Part shown: piece by piece, positions 1 through 8,556 of the stretch | Layout: each line of letters opens with the position of its first letter | Position numbering within the stretch: position 1 is the first letter of the stretch | DNA from: a virus | Length of the DNA: 64,000 nt | Direction: 5' to 3' (one strand) | IMG/VR virus record: IMGVR_UViG_3300014039_000016 | Coordinates: 8,829-72,828 of that record | The notes under the pieces: generated by a model | Seen by the model: only the letters and a program-made list of their open reading frames with translations | What the model was told of the DNA's origin: nothing | Database searches by the model: none | Position numbers and translations under genes: made by a program

Positions 1-200
1 TCTAACTACAGTTAGTTTGAATTAACAAGGGTTAGCTTAATCTAACTAGGGTTATAAAATCCTAACTACAGTTAGTTTGAATTAACAACTGTTAGAAATT
101 GCTAACTTTACTTTTATAAAACGAACTTTGATTCGTCTTCTCTAACTTTAATTTTATACAGCTAACTACAGATAACTACAACTAATTAAAATTAGAGAAC
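1..200. repeat. Cluster of CTAACT/AGTTAG hexamers, including 27-bp direct repeats at 2-28 and 62-88 (ctaactacagttagtttgaattaacaa) and palindromic CTAACT-N2-3-AGTTAG units
   Basis: Direct reading. There are at least 12 copies of CTAACT or its complement in 200 bp. A third copy of the 27-mer lies at about 1594-1621. Confidence 0.8.
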
Positions 201-226
201 GCAAATCAAATTTTGGAGGATTGCCG

Positions 227-508
227 CTACTTGGCAACCCAAACCTTTAACAATATGTCGTCATATTTAGACGACTGGTCATTTACATCAAATAACATTT
301 TGACGCTTTGACCCTCGGCTATCTGGCAACCATCAAACTCCCAGATATCACCTGCCTTATCAGCAATCCGCACAAATCCGTTGTCGTTGCTGATAACCCT
401 GCCCTCTCTTGTGCAGTGACCCTCAAGGTATACCGCACCTAAGAATAATATACTTATACTTAATCCCAGGGCTATTTTCTTAACTATTCTCTTACTATTA
501 TTTTTCAT
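227..508 (-). CDS. Hypothetical secreted or membrane-anchored protein (N-terminal signal-peptide-like hydrophobic segment)
   Basis: ORF track 227..523. The ATG at 508 lies 8 nt downstream of a GAGGT. The annotated first codon is GTG. N-terminus KKIALGLSISILFLGAV. Confidence 0.5.
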   Translation of the reverse strand: MKNNSKRIVKKIALGLSISILFLGAVYLEGHCTREGRVISNDNGFVRIADKAGDIWEFDGCQIAEGQSVKMLFDVNDQSSKYDDILLKVWVAK

Positions 509-569
509 AATTTTAAACCTCACTTTTCATTTTTATTTTATGCGGGCTTGGTTTCCCAAGCCCTAATCA

Positions 570-878
570 TTAACAATATATCAAGGACATGTCTGCCCAC
601 TTGAGAATAGATATCTGTGCGCACTGTCTGCCAAGTGCCAAAGCGTCTCTTTTTGTAGACACTCTGTGGCTCTTGTCTACAAAGTAGACACCATTCTCAA
701 GCCAAAGTCCGCAATTACCGCCGTATGCCCTAACGGCTTTGATTGCTTCCTCGGGAGTTGTAACCATTACTCCCTCGGTGGCTACTTGATAACCACTCTT
801 GTATGTGATTATCTTACCATTCTTGAGTGTTAAACCGCCACACTCTTCAATCTTTCTTATTGTCCTAACATTAATCAT
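570..878 (-). CDS. Hypothetical protein
   Basis: ORF with a GAGGT RBS 9 nt upstream. No recognisable motif. Confidence 0.5.
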   Translation of the reverse strand: MINVRTIRKIEECGGLTLKNGKIITYKSGYQVATEGVMVTTPEEAIKAVRAYGGNCGLWLENGVYFVDKSHRVSTKRDALALGRQCAQISILKWADMSLIYC

Positions 879-918
879 ACTTATAATACCTCGCTTTCTT
901 TCTTGGGGAAGTCCCGGC

Positions 919-1185
919 TTAATAGCCGAGACTTATTAACTTACTGATATAAGTGTTTAAGACAGCCACCAACTGCTTATTTGAAAGATTTTTAAATCTT
1001 TCGGCAGTGAAGTCGATAGGTGGAAGTTCCACACCTTCGACCTTGATGATGTAAACGCTTGGACAAGCCTTGATAGCGTTTACAAGGTGGAAGATATTAA
1101 TATCTTCATATGCGTATGTCTTATCTGTATATTCCTCAAATCTGATTGAGAAGAGTTCTTTTGTAAATGCACTTAATTTTTTCAT
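919..1185 (-). CDS. Hypothetical protein
   Basis: ORF with a GAGGT RBS 7 nt upstream. Confidence 0.5.
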   Translation of the reverse strand: MKKLSAFTKELFSIRFEEYTDKTYAYEDINIFHLVNAIKACPSVYIIKVEGVELPPIDFTAERFKNLSNKQLVAVLNTYISKLISLGY

Positions 1186-1289
1186 GGTTAATACCTCACT
1201 TTATTTTTATTTTACGGCTTCGCTCACCGTACCTATATACTATCATACCCAGTTTTTGATGTCAATACCTTTTTGAAAAATTTTTGAAA

Positions 1290-1450
1290 TTTTTTTCATG
1301 CCCTACTTTCAAGGCTTCCAACGCACCTAAACACACGCAGCAGATGATGATGTGACTACATTTTTAGTCAACAATAGTGACGATGTGTCTACTTTTGTAG
1401 TCAGATAGTCACCAATTATGGGATAAGACTAGGCTTGTAGTCACACGCAA
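1290..1450. repeat. Iteron-like cluster of TGTAGTCAC / GTGACTACA motifs in both orientations
   Basis: Copies of gtgactaca, tgtagtcagatagtcacc and cttgtagtcacacgc lie within about 100 bp of non-coding DNA. Confidence 0.6.
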
Positions 1451-1530
1451 TGCGAGTTTGAAAAGTTTAATTAAGTAGTCAGATAGGCAAAATGCGGTGC
1501 GCTTTATGGGAGGAAGCGCGCCGTTCAAAA
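1400..1530. repeat. Copy A of a ~130-bp duplicated non-coding element, with a TAGTCACnnATTATGGGA box and a TTTGAAAnGTTTAA...AAAATGCGGnGCGCTTTATGGGAGnAAGCGC box containing a GCGCTT/AAGCGC palindrome
   Basis: Aligns with 2555-2685. The ends are conserved and the middle has diverged. Confidence 0.7.
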
Positions 1531-1660
1531 TAACTAACCAAAGTTAGTCAAGCCTAACAATAGTTAGACTAAACTAATTAGATTTCGGGAAGACTAACTT
1601 GAGTTAGTTTGAATTAACAAGTATTAAGCTTGGCTAACTCAAGTTAGTTTCCCAAAACCA
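1530..1660. repeat. Second CTAAC/GTTAG motif cluster, including a third copy of gttagtttgaattaacaa
   Basis: actaaccaaagttagtcaagcctaacaatagttagact...ctaacttgagttagtttgaattaacaag...ctaactcaagttag. Confidence 0.75.
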
Positions 1661-1845
1661 GATGAGTGCGGATTAGCGGTTTCCGCACTCATCTAATAAA
1701 CTAGACAAGAAGCCAATGATAAACTCCATAAGACTAAGAAGTTCATCATCAGATATGACTATGTGTGTAAGCACAAAGTCAATCTGACTATTGGCTTCTG
1801 TGACAGTGGAGCATTGCTCCACCATCACTATAGCTTCTATAAAAT

Positions 1846-2325
1846 TCATTCTATCACCTCCCCTGTTTTCTCATTTACCAAGTCACATCTAAGACCTAGT
1901 ATTCTGCAGGCTTTAGCTGTGTTATAGAACACTGCCTGTGCCTTGGCAAAACTCTCAATCCCTGTAAAGATTGGAGTATCACCATTATAAACTCCATAGG
2001 TTATTCCCTGGAGTTCAAACTCCGCTATTGCGGAGTTCACACAATCTGTTATTACTTCAAGAAGCTCTCCCTCGAAATACTCCTGAAGCTGATTCACTTC
2101 CTCAAGGCAGTTGAGATACATATCCCACTCACCCCAAGCTTCTGCCAGCTCATCATAGATTGCGCCAGTCACAAGGACTGTACAATCACTCCTAGTGCTT
2201 CTGTTGTAGATACCCTTAATAACTATAAGGGCATTCTTAGCCTTTGTATCAACGGCAACCCAGTTGCCTATTTCTAATTTCATGCCCATAAGTGACTGGG
2301 CATTTGTCTTGAATCCTTTTATCAT
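1846..2325 (-). CDS. Hypothetical protein. The start was reassigned to the internal MIKGF ATG
   Basis: The longer ORF 1846..2475 runs through the repeat/promoter region. The ATG at 2325 follows GAGG (gaggtaaatATG). Confidence 0.5.
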   Translation of the reverse strand: MIKGFKTNAQSLMGMKLEIGNWVAVDTKAKNALIVIKGIYNRSTRSDCTVLVTGAIYDELAEAWGEWDMYLNCLEEVNQLQEYFEGELLEVITDCVNSAIAEFELQGITYGVYNGDTPIFTGIESFAKAQAVFYNTAKACRILGLRCDLVNEKTGEVIE

Positions 2326-2554
2326 ATTTACCTCTTTCTGCCTCTTCTCTTGAGGCTGTTTATTTTTATTTTGCCGCCATTGCCTTGCGACACTATTATA
2401 GTACACCCATTGCACACCCATTGCAATATGCAAAATGCACAAAGTTTGACAGATGTTTTTGTGCAAATTGTACAAAGTTTGAACGCACTAGTTGAGAGCA
2501 CCGAACATTTGTTCACCGCTTTGGTTAGCTCCGAGAATAGTTTAGTTTTTTAGT

Positions 2555-2685
2555 CACATGATTATGGGAAGTTTTATTTGACTACTTGATTAGACTTTTG
2601 GAATTTGAAATGTTTAAATAACTAGAAATATAGTAAAATGCGGAGCGCTTTATGGGAGTAAGCGCACCGGCGATTTGAAATTGTA
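2555..2685. repeat. Copy B of the ~130-bp duplicated element (TAGTCACatgATTATGGGA ... AAAATGCGGaGCGCTTTATGGGAGtAAGCGC)
   Basis: Direct alignment with 1400-1530. A fifth TTATGGGA lies at about 2806-2814. Confidence 0.7.
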
Positions 2686-2903
2686 CGGGACTGTACTCTT
2701 GATGTATGCCATTTATTTTTTGATAAAGCTACAGACCGTACACAAGAGGTAGTCATCAGTTTAAAATAAAAAAAATTTTTCTTGTTTGTTTACTTTTACC
2801 CGGGGATATATTATGGGAAAATGAAAAATTAATTCTATAAAATCATATTTAGCTGGTACATTCACACACCCCAAATTTTTTGAAATTTAAAATACGAAAA
2901 GAT

Positions 2904-3209
2904 TTAATTCCGTACAACTCTTCCGTGCTTCCCTGTTTGCTTATATGCCATAAATAAATTATTTAATTTAATATTATTTCCATCTCCTAAATTAATTAAT
3001 AGGAAATCACAATTTTTTATAATATCTGCGGTTTCTGCATTTTTTATGTATCGGGTCGGTGCACCAACCGATTCAGCCCACTTTGCGGCAATACTATCCT
3101 TATTTGTTACTAACATATAAAATAAATAGCATTGACTTTCCGCAATTAATTTCTGCATTTCCGCATCAATATCTTCAATTTTATTAAAACCAATTGCCGC
3201 GACTACCAT
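2904..3209 (-). CDS. Hypothetical protein, possibly a small Rossmann-like fold
   Basis: ORF with an AAGGAG RBS. N-terminus MVVAAIGFNK. Confidence 0.45.
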   Translation of the reverse strand: MVVAAIGFNKIEDIDAEMQKLIAESQCYLFYMLVTNKDSIAAKWAESVGAPTRYIKNAETADIIKNCDFLLINLGDGNNIKLNNLFMAYKQTGKHGRVVRN

Positions 3210-3275
3210 TTTACCACTCCTTTATAATAATTATATCAAAAAATTTTTTTCTTTTCAAATTATCTACTTTTGTCC

Positions 3276-3304
3276 TTGACTTATGAAAATTTTTTTGGTA
3301 TAAT
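3276..3304 (+). promoter_or_regulatory. Sigma-A-type promoter: TTGACT, a 17-nt spacer ending in TGG, then TATAAT
   Basis: tccTTGACTtatgaaaatttttttgGTATAATtatt sits about 30 nt upstream of the RBS of the 3335 gene. Both hexamers are near-consensus with an extended -10 TG. Confidence 0.75.
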
Positions 3305-3334
3305 TATTATAAGAATAAGAATAAGGAGAGACTA

Positions 3335-4417
3335 ATGGAGCAACAAAAAGAAAATAGTGATTATATTAAAATGGATTTTAATATTGAATCACCTGCGGAA
3401 AGAGTAGAAAAAGTAAAAGAAATTATTGCCAACACTCCTCCTGAAAGATTAACTCATTCTTACTTAGAAAAATTAAGTAACTACATAATTTTTGCTATGG
3501 ATAAAGAAGAAAGAAAACAAAATAAAATCTTAACAGATAACCATATGCAAACAGTAAATGTAAGAGAGACATCTTTTGAAGGACTTGTAGGCAGATTAGA
3601 AAATGGCGAAGATGGTATATATAATATGATTGCGAATGACAAAAATATCATATTTAAGCCAAAATTTGAAATCACAGACGCGGATGTCGCGGAAATGCCT
3701 GAGTTAAGGGAACTCCGCAAGGGTATAGAAGAATTAAAGGAACAGTTAAAAGCAGCAAGAGGCAAAAAGGCATATCAAATAAAAAAACATATCATAGAAG
3801 CAAGTCAAGACCAGTATGTAATAAAAAATTCTTATAAAAAACCTATCTATTGTATAAATCCCCTTAAAAGTGTAGCAAAATTAGATTTAGATGAACATGT
3901 AACTATTGATGAAAATGATGAAATTCATACTGATGGTATTTTAAGTTTACTCGTGCCGCAACATATTTGCGCGGTATTGTGTAATTATGAAAAATTAAGA
4001 ATTCAAACTTGGGATAAATTAAATAGTGATGTTAAATGGTTTCTTGTAGATTTAGACAATCTTATAGATGAGACCTTAAAATATGATTATCCGATATATT
4101 ATGATATAACTCTCTTAAAGATTCGCGGCTATCAAAATACAGATATTCAAGAGTATTTAGAAAAAGAATATAATGTAAATCATTCTGTTGAATATATTTC
4201 TTCTCTTTGGAGAAACAAAATACCCAAACTACTTGCGGAAAAGGCTCAAGAAAAGTGGTTAGTTTGGTATTATACTAATAAAGCAGAAGGAAAATGGAAA
4301 AAATGTTCAAGGTGTGGGCAAATTAAGTTAGCTAGTAATAGATTCTTTTCAAAAAATAATACAAGCAAAGATGGTTTCTATAGTATATGTAAATGTTGTA
4401 GAAATAAAAGAAAATAA
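3335..4417 (+). CDS. Hypothetical protein with a C-terminal CxxC...CKCC zinc ribbon. It is the first gene of the rightward operon
   Basis: ORF with an AAGGAGAG RBS. C-terminus CSRCGQIKLASNRFFSKNNTSKDGFYSICKCC. Confidence 0.55.
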   Translation: MEQQKENSDYIKMDFNIESPAERVEKVKEIIANTPPERLTHSYLEKLSNYIIFAMDKEERKQNKILTDNHMQTVNVRETSFEGLVGRLENGEDGIYNMIANDKNIIFKPKFEITDADVAEMPELRELRKGIEELKEQLKAARGKKAYQIKKHIIEASQDQYVIKNSYKKPIYCINPLKSVAKLDLDEHVTIDENDEIHTDGILSLLVPQHICAVLCNYEKLRIQTWDKLNSDVKWFLVDLDNLIDETLKYDYPIYYDITLLKIRGYQNTDIQEYLEKEYNVNHSVEYISSLWRNKIPKLLAEKAQEKWLVWYYTNKAEGKWKKCSRCGQIKLASNRFFSKNNTSKDGFYSICKCCRNKRK

Positions 4418-4435
4418 TATAAAGGAGTTGACAAA

Positions 4436-5731
4436 ATGGGCGCACAAGAAGTAGAGCCAGGGAAATATTACTGTGAAAAATGTCGTAAGACAATGGGCGC
4501 AGTACAATTTTTTACCTATAAAGATGGTAGTAAAAGCGAATTGTGTAAGCAATGCTTAACTATGCATATTAACAACTGGGAGCCAGAAACATTCAAATGG
4601 CTATTGGAAAAATTTGATGTTCCATATCTCCCTTGGGAATGGGATAAAATTAGGGATAAACAATATGCGAAAGACCCCTATAAAATGACTGGAAATAGTG
4701 TTTTTGGTCGCTATCTCGCAAAAATGAAATTAAATCAATGGAATAAATATCATTGGTCTGATACTGAGCGGCTGGTGCGGGAGGCAGATGAACTTGCGAA
4801 TAGAGCGGCAGCGGCAAAAGAAGAAGATGAAAAACTTGAAAATATGCGAAAGCTCGCAGATGAAGGTGCAATTAGTGAATCTCAATATCAAACATACGCG
4901 GAAACGCAGATTGAGAAACCTATACCTAAGCCAGAGAGCTTACCCAACCCATATGAGAATGGGCAAGCCAATCCTGCATATCGAGCTGCCGCGCGAGCAT
5001 CTGTTTACCCTGTAAATAATAATCCATTTGAAGAGATTGATTTACCAGATGTCGGAAATGATTTAACGCAAGAGGATAAAATTTACTTAGCTACAAAATG
5101 GGGCAGATTTTATTCTGCGGAAGAGTGGGTAACTTTAGAAAAGAAATACAATGATTTCACAAATTCATTTGACATACATTCCGCGGCAACTATAGATACT
5201 TTAATTTTTATTTGTAAAACTTCATTAAAAATGAATCAGGCTCTTGATAGCGGAGATATTGAGTCTTATCAAAAATTATCAAGGGTTTATGATGCGCAGA
5301 TGAAAGCTGCGAAGTTCACAGAAGCGCAGAATAAAGAAGATAAAAGTAATGACTTTGATGCTATTGGTTGCATCGTTGAGTTCTGTGAAAAAGAAGGCGG
5401 CTTCATTCCAAGATTCTATACAGAGACTCCGCAAGATAAGGTTGATGTTGTTATTGCGGATGAAAAATCTTATGTTAAGTCTCTTGTTGATGGTGACTCT
5501 GGATTAGCACAACAGATAGAACAATATCTTAAGAAGCGTGAAATCCTTGAAGAACAAAAGAGAAATAAGGAAAAAGCAAAATTAGAAGGTAAAGAGCAGA
5601 TTGAATTAACAGATAAAGATATTCAAGAATATATAGAGCATCAGCAAAAAGAAAAAGAAAAAGATATTATCGCGGAAGATGATGATAATGAAGATAGTTT
5701 TGGAAGTCTTTTTAGCGTGGAGGTTGAATAA
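4436..5731 (+). CDS. Hypothetical protein with an N-terminal zinc ribbon, a coiled-coil and an acidic tail. It may be a small-terminase-like or DNA-binding packaging protein
   Basis: N-terminus CEKCRKTMGAVQFFTYKDGSKSELCKQC. It sits immediately upstream of terL. The function was not identified. Confidence 0.4.
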   Translation: MGAQEVEPGKYYCEKCRKTMGAVQFFTYKDGSKSELCKQCLTMHINNWEPETFKWLLEKFDVPYLPWEWDKIRDKQYAKDPYKMTGNSVFGRYLAKMKLNQWNKYHWSDTERLVREADELANRAAAAKEEDEKLENMRKLADEGAISESQYQTYAETQIEKPIPKPESLPNPYENGQANPAYRAAARASVYPVNNNPFEEIDLPDVGNDLTQEDKIYLATKWGRFYSAEEWVTLEKKYNDFTNSFDIHSAATIDTLIFICKTSLKMNQALDSGDIESYQKLSRVYDAQMKAAKFTEAQNKEDKSNDFDAIGCIVEFCEKEGGFIPRFYTETPQDKVDVVIADEKSYVKSLVDGDSGLAQQIEQYLKKREILEEQKRNKEKAKLEGKEQIELTDKDIQEYIEHQQKEKEKDIIAEDDDNEDSFGSLFSVEVE

Positions 5732-6354
5732 TGAGTTTACAAAGTATACTAGACCTTTCTGCGGAAAGAGATAATAAAAAAGTAGGCTGTTCAGAAGAAA
5801 GATTAAGAGAATGCCTTCCTGAATTGCGGAAGGCTATTGCTTTTTATCGTGAATATCCAGATATCTTTGTTGATGATATTAAAGGACCGGATTGTAACTT
5901 TCAATTTTATTTTTATCAGAGAGTTTTCTTAAGGTCGGTTATGCGACATCGTCGAGTTTATGCAGTATTTCCTCGTGCCTATAGTAAATCATTTCTAACT
6001 ATGATGGCTTTAATGCTGCGTGCGATTCTTTATCCAGGTGCAGCGTTATTTGTAACTACGGGCGGAAAAGAGCAAGCTGCAAGTATCACAATCGCGAAGA
6101 TTGAAGAAATTTGTCGACTTATTCCCGCGCTGAATAAAGAAATTAATTGGGATAGAGGAGCTTCAAAAAAATCAAAAGATAATGTAAAATACATCTTTAA
6201 GAATGGCTCTACTATTGATATTCTTGCGGCAAGGGAATCATCCAGAGGTCAGCGTCGTACTGGCGGAGCTATGGAAGAATGTGTACTTATTGATGGAACC
6301 GCCTTGAACGAAATAATTATTCCTAGACTTATAAGGTTGTGGGACCTAATTTAG
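5731..6354 (+). CDS. terL: Terminase large subunit, N-terminal ATPase part (exon 1). It carries a deviant Walker A, PRAYSKS
   Basis: The motif YAVFPRAYSKSF, the downstream ECVLID segment and synteny with the nuclease half and the portal. The ORF tail after VLID is probably intron read-through. Confidence 0.6.
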   Translation: MSLQSILDLSAERDNKKVGCSEERLRECLPELRKAIAFYREYPDIFVDDIKGPDCNFQFYFYQRVFLRSVMRHRRVYAVFPRAYSKSFLTMMALMLRAILYPGAALFVTTGGKEQAASITIAKIEEICRLIPALNKEINWDRGASKKSKDNVKYIFKNGSTIDILAARESSRGQRRTGGAMEECVLIDGTALNEIIIPRLIRLWDLI

Positions 6355-7399
6355 TAATAAATTAGTGCATGAACGGTGTGAACCCATTGGTTATGGGGTG
6401 TAGTATAAAGATATACTGCTAACGGTTAGGCTATAAATAAAGTGAGACCGTGCTAAGTTTATATTTTGTTATAAAAAAGTGTAGAGACTATCCAGAGGAG
6501 AAATACGCCTGGTTAGGGCTGAGAATAACCACAGCTCGAAGCGCACCGCAACTTTTTAAAATTTTTGGTCAAAAATATACAATAAAATTGTTCATTTTTT
6601 AATTTTATTGAGGGTATGTATATCCCGGGATAAAACTGAGTTATAGAAAGGAATTAAGAAAATGATTCAATGGAAAAAAAATTTTTATAGATGAAAAAGA
6701 GACTAATTACAGTGTTTCTAGCACTGGAGAGGTCAGAAATGATATAACTAAAAAAATATTATCACAAAGAATTCAACAAGGGTATAAACATGTAACTTTA
6801 TCATTACCAAATAAAATAAAATCATGTCGAGTTCACAGGCTTGTAGCACAAGCCTTTATTGAGAATCCTGAAAACAAACCCTATGTGAATCATATTGATT
6901 GTGATAGAAGTAATAATAATGTTGAAAATTTAGAATGGGTAACACCAAAAGAGAATTCTCAAAAAGCGGTTCTAGAAGGTAAATTTTTAAATAGTTCCCA
7001 TTTAAGACCTGTTGTTCAGTATAGTTTAGCAGGAAAAAAGATTAGAACTTTTGAAAGTGCCATTGAGGCAGCAAGACAGTTAAATTTACAACAATCTAAA
7101 ATAACAGAATGTTGTAGAAGAAATAGAAAAAGAACCGGAGAATATCAATGGAGATATGCAGATGAAGAATGTCTTCAATTAGAACCTATTCAAAAACAAA
7201 ATCGCCCTGGAGTGAAAGTTGCAAGATGCAACGATGATTTAGTTATATTAGAAATTTATAATTCCTATAAAGAAGCAGCAAATGCAATAAAAGGTAGTTA
7301 TCAAGCTATTGCTGCAATATGTAATGGAACAACTATAAATATTCATCATAAAGGCTGGAGATGGAAAAAAGTTGATGATATAGTCCAATCAAACAATGA
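6355..7399 (+). mobile_element. Intervening sequence splitting terL. I interpret it as a putative group I intron carrying an HNH homing endonuclease ORF
   Basis: About 300 nt of structured non-coding sequence (aaagatatactgc and agagactatcc resemble group I S/R elements; tatcccgggata is palindromic) precedes the HNH ORF. The downstream terL frame opens exactly at 7400 with no RBS or ATG. Confidence 0.5.
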
Positions 7400-7403
7400 T
7401 TGA
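6662..7403 (+). CDS. HNH homing endonuclease of the HNH_3 type. The ATG at 6662 with its RBS is in a different frame from the HNH core, and the two frames are separated by an A8 run at 6674-6681
   Basis: VNHIDCDRSNNNVENLEWVTPKEN HNH motif. The upstream in-frame peptide ...YSVSSTGEVRND matches the conserved N-terminus of this family. The track ORF 6885..7403 is the in-frame core. Confidence 0.8.
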
Positions 7404-8551
7404 CAACGAATGTTGATAGACGACTTGCAGACGGAAGTAGAGACCCTAAAGAAACAGTAAATAAAAGTCAGGTATATATTACAACCGCGGGATGGAAGAA
7501 TTCATTTGCATATGAACATCTGATTGAGATGTTAATTGATTCAATTCTAGACCCAGGTGAAGTAATGATACTAGGTGGAACATATGAAGTTCCAGTTGAA
7601 GCGGGCTTATTAAGTGAAGACTTTGTAGACCAGCTAAAATTGCAAGGTACATTCAATGATGCCTCCTTTGACCGAGAATATAGGAGTATTTGGTCAGGAG
7701 ACGCGGAAAATGCTTTCTTCTCCAATGAATTATTTGATAAATATCGTCAATTACTTCAACCAGAATATGAATTCAGTTCAAGAAGTTCAAAAAATGCATA
7801 CTATATACTTTCAGTCGATGTAGGTCGTTTTGGTTGTACAACTGAAGTTATGGTTATAAAAGTAACGCCGCAAGTGCAGGGAACAGCATTGAAGACTCTT
7901 GTTAATATTTATAGCTATGATGAAGAGCATTTTGGAGTTCAAGCTATAAATATAAAAAAACTTTATTACAAATATCGTGCGAGAACCGTGGTTATAGATG
8001 CCAATGGTCTAGGTGCTGGACTTGTGGACTTTATGATAATAGGTCAAGAAGACCCGAAAACAGGAGAATATTATCCACCTTTTGGAGTAGAAGGCGGAAC
8101 TTTCGATGATTGGTATGACCAGTATAAGAAATTTAAAACAGATGATATGGTTAGAGATGCGATGTATTTAATTAAGGCTAATGCGCCAATTAACACTGAA
8201 GCTCATAGTTATTGTCAAACTCAAATATCTAGTGGGAAAATTAAATTTTTAATTGATGAAAGAGATGCAAAAATAAAATTAATGTCCACAAAAGTTGGTC
8301 AAGAAATGACTCCAGAACAACGTGCGGAAAGGTTGATACCATTCACCTTAACCACGATACTGAAGGAACAAATGCTGAATCTGGTGGAAGAGAACGAGGG
8401 TGTAAATATTATTCTTAAGCAAGCTAATAGAGGAATTAAGAAAGATAAATTCTCTGCTTTCGAGTATGGATTATACTATATAAAGCAGCAAGAAGATAGG
8501 AAAAAAGATAGACATAGTAGAGATGTTTCAAAAATGATGTTTTTCAGTTAA
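7400..8551 (+). CDS. terL: Terminase large subunit, C-terminal part (exon 2) with an RNase-H-like nuclease domain
   Basis: YITTAGW and the acidic motifs ILSVDVGRFG and VVIDANGLGAGL. The frame opens at 7400 with only a TTG codon and no SD. Confidence 0.6.
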   Translation: MTTNVDRRLADGSRDPKETVNKSQVYITTAGWKNSFAYEHLIEMLIDSILDPGEVMILGGTYEVPVEAGLLSEDFVDQLKLQGTFNDASFDREYRSIWSGDAENAFFSNELFDKYRQLLQPEYEFSSRSSKNAYYILSVDVGRFGCTTEVMVIKVTPQVQGTALKTLVNIYSYDEEHFGVQAINIKKLYYKYRARTVVIDANGLGAGLVDFMIIGQEDPKTGEYYPPFGVEGGTFDDWYDQYKKFKTDDMVRDAMYLIKANAPINTEAHSYCQTQISSGKIKFLIDERDAKIKLMSTKVGQEMTPEQRAERLIPFTLTTILKEQMLNLVEENEGVNIILKQANRGIKKDKFSAFEYGLYYIKQQEDRKKDRHSRDVSKMMFFS

Positions 8552-8556
8552 AAAAT

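Noticed and set aside
1-200. Possible CRISPR array suggested by the repeated 27-mer
   Set aside because: There are only two full copies, with irregular 33-bp spacing. The related motifs sit in mixed orientation, there are no uniform spacers, and a third copy lies 1.5 kb away. It behaves like a binding-site cluster, not a CRISPR array.
543-566. Hairpin gggcttgg tttc ccaagccc as a terminator
   Set aside because: There is no U-tract on either strand in the transcribed orientation. The T-run precedes the hairpin on the plus strand and the run is A-rich on the minus strand. It is probably only a structural or stability element.
3481-5015. ORFs 3481-3765(-), 4349-4552(-), 4650-4871(-), 4788-5015(+)
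   Set aside because: They lie inside or antisense to longer RBS-supported genes of the late operon, with no independent signals.
6355-6660. tRNA or other small RNA gene in the terL intervening region
   Set aside because: No T-arm GTTCRANYC box or cloverleaf arrangement could be assembled. The region is better explained as intron core.
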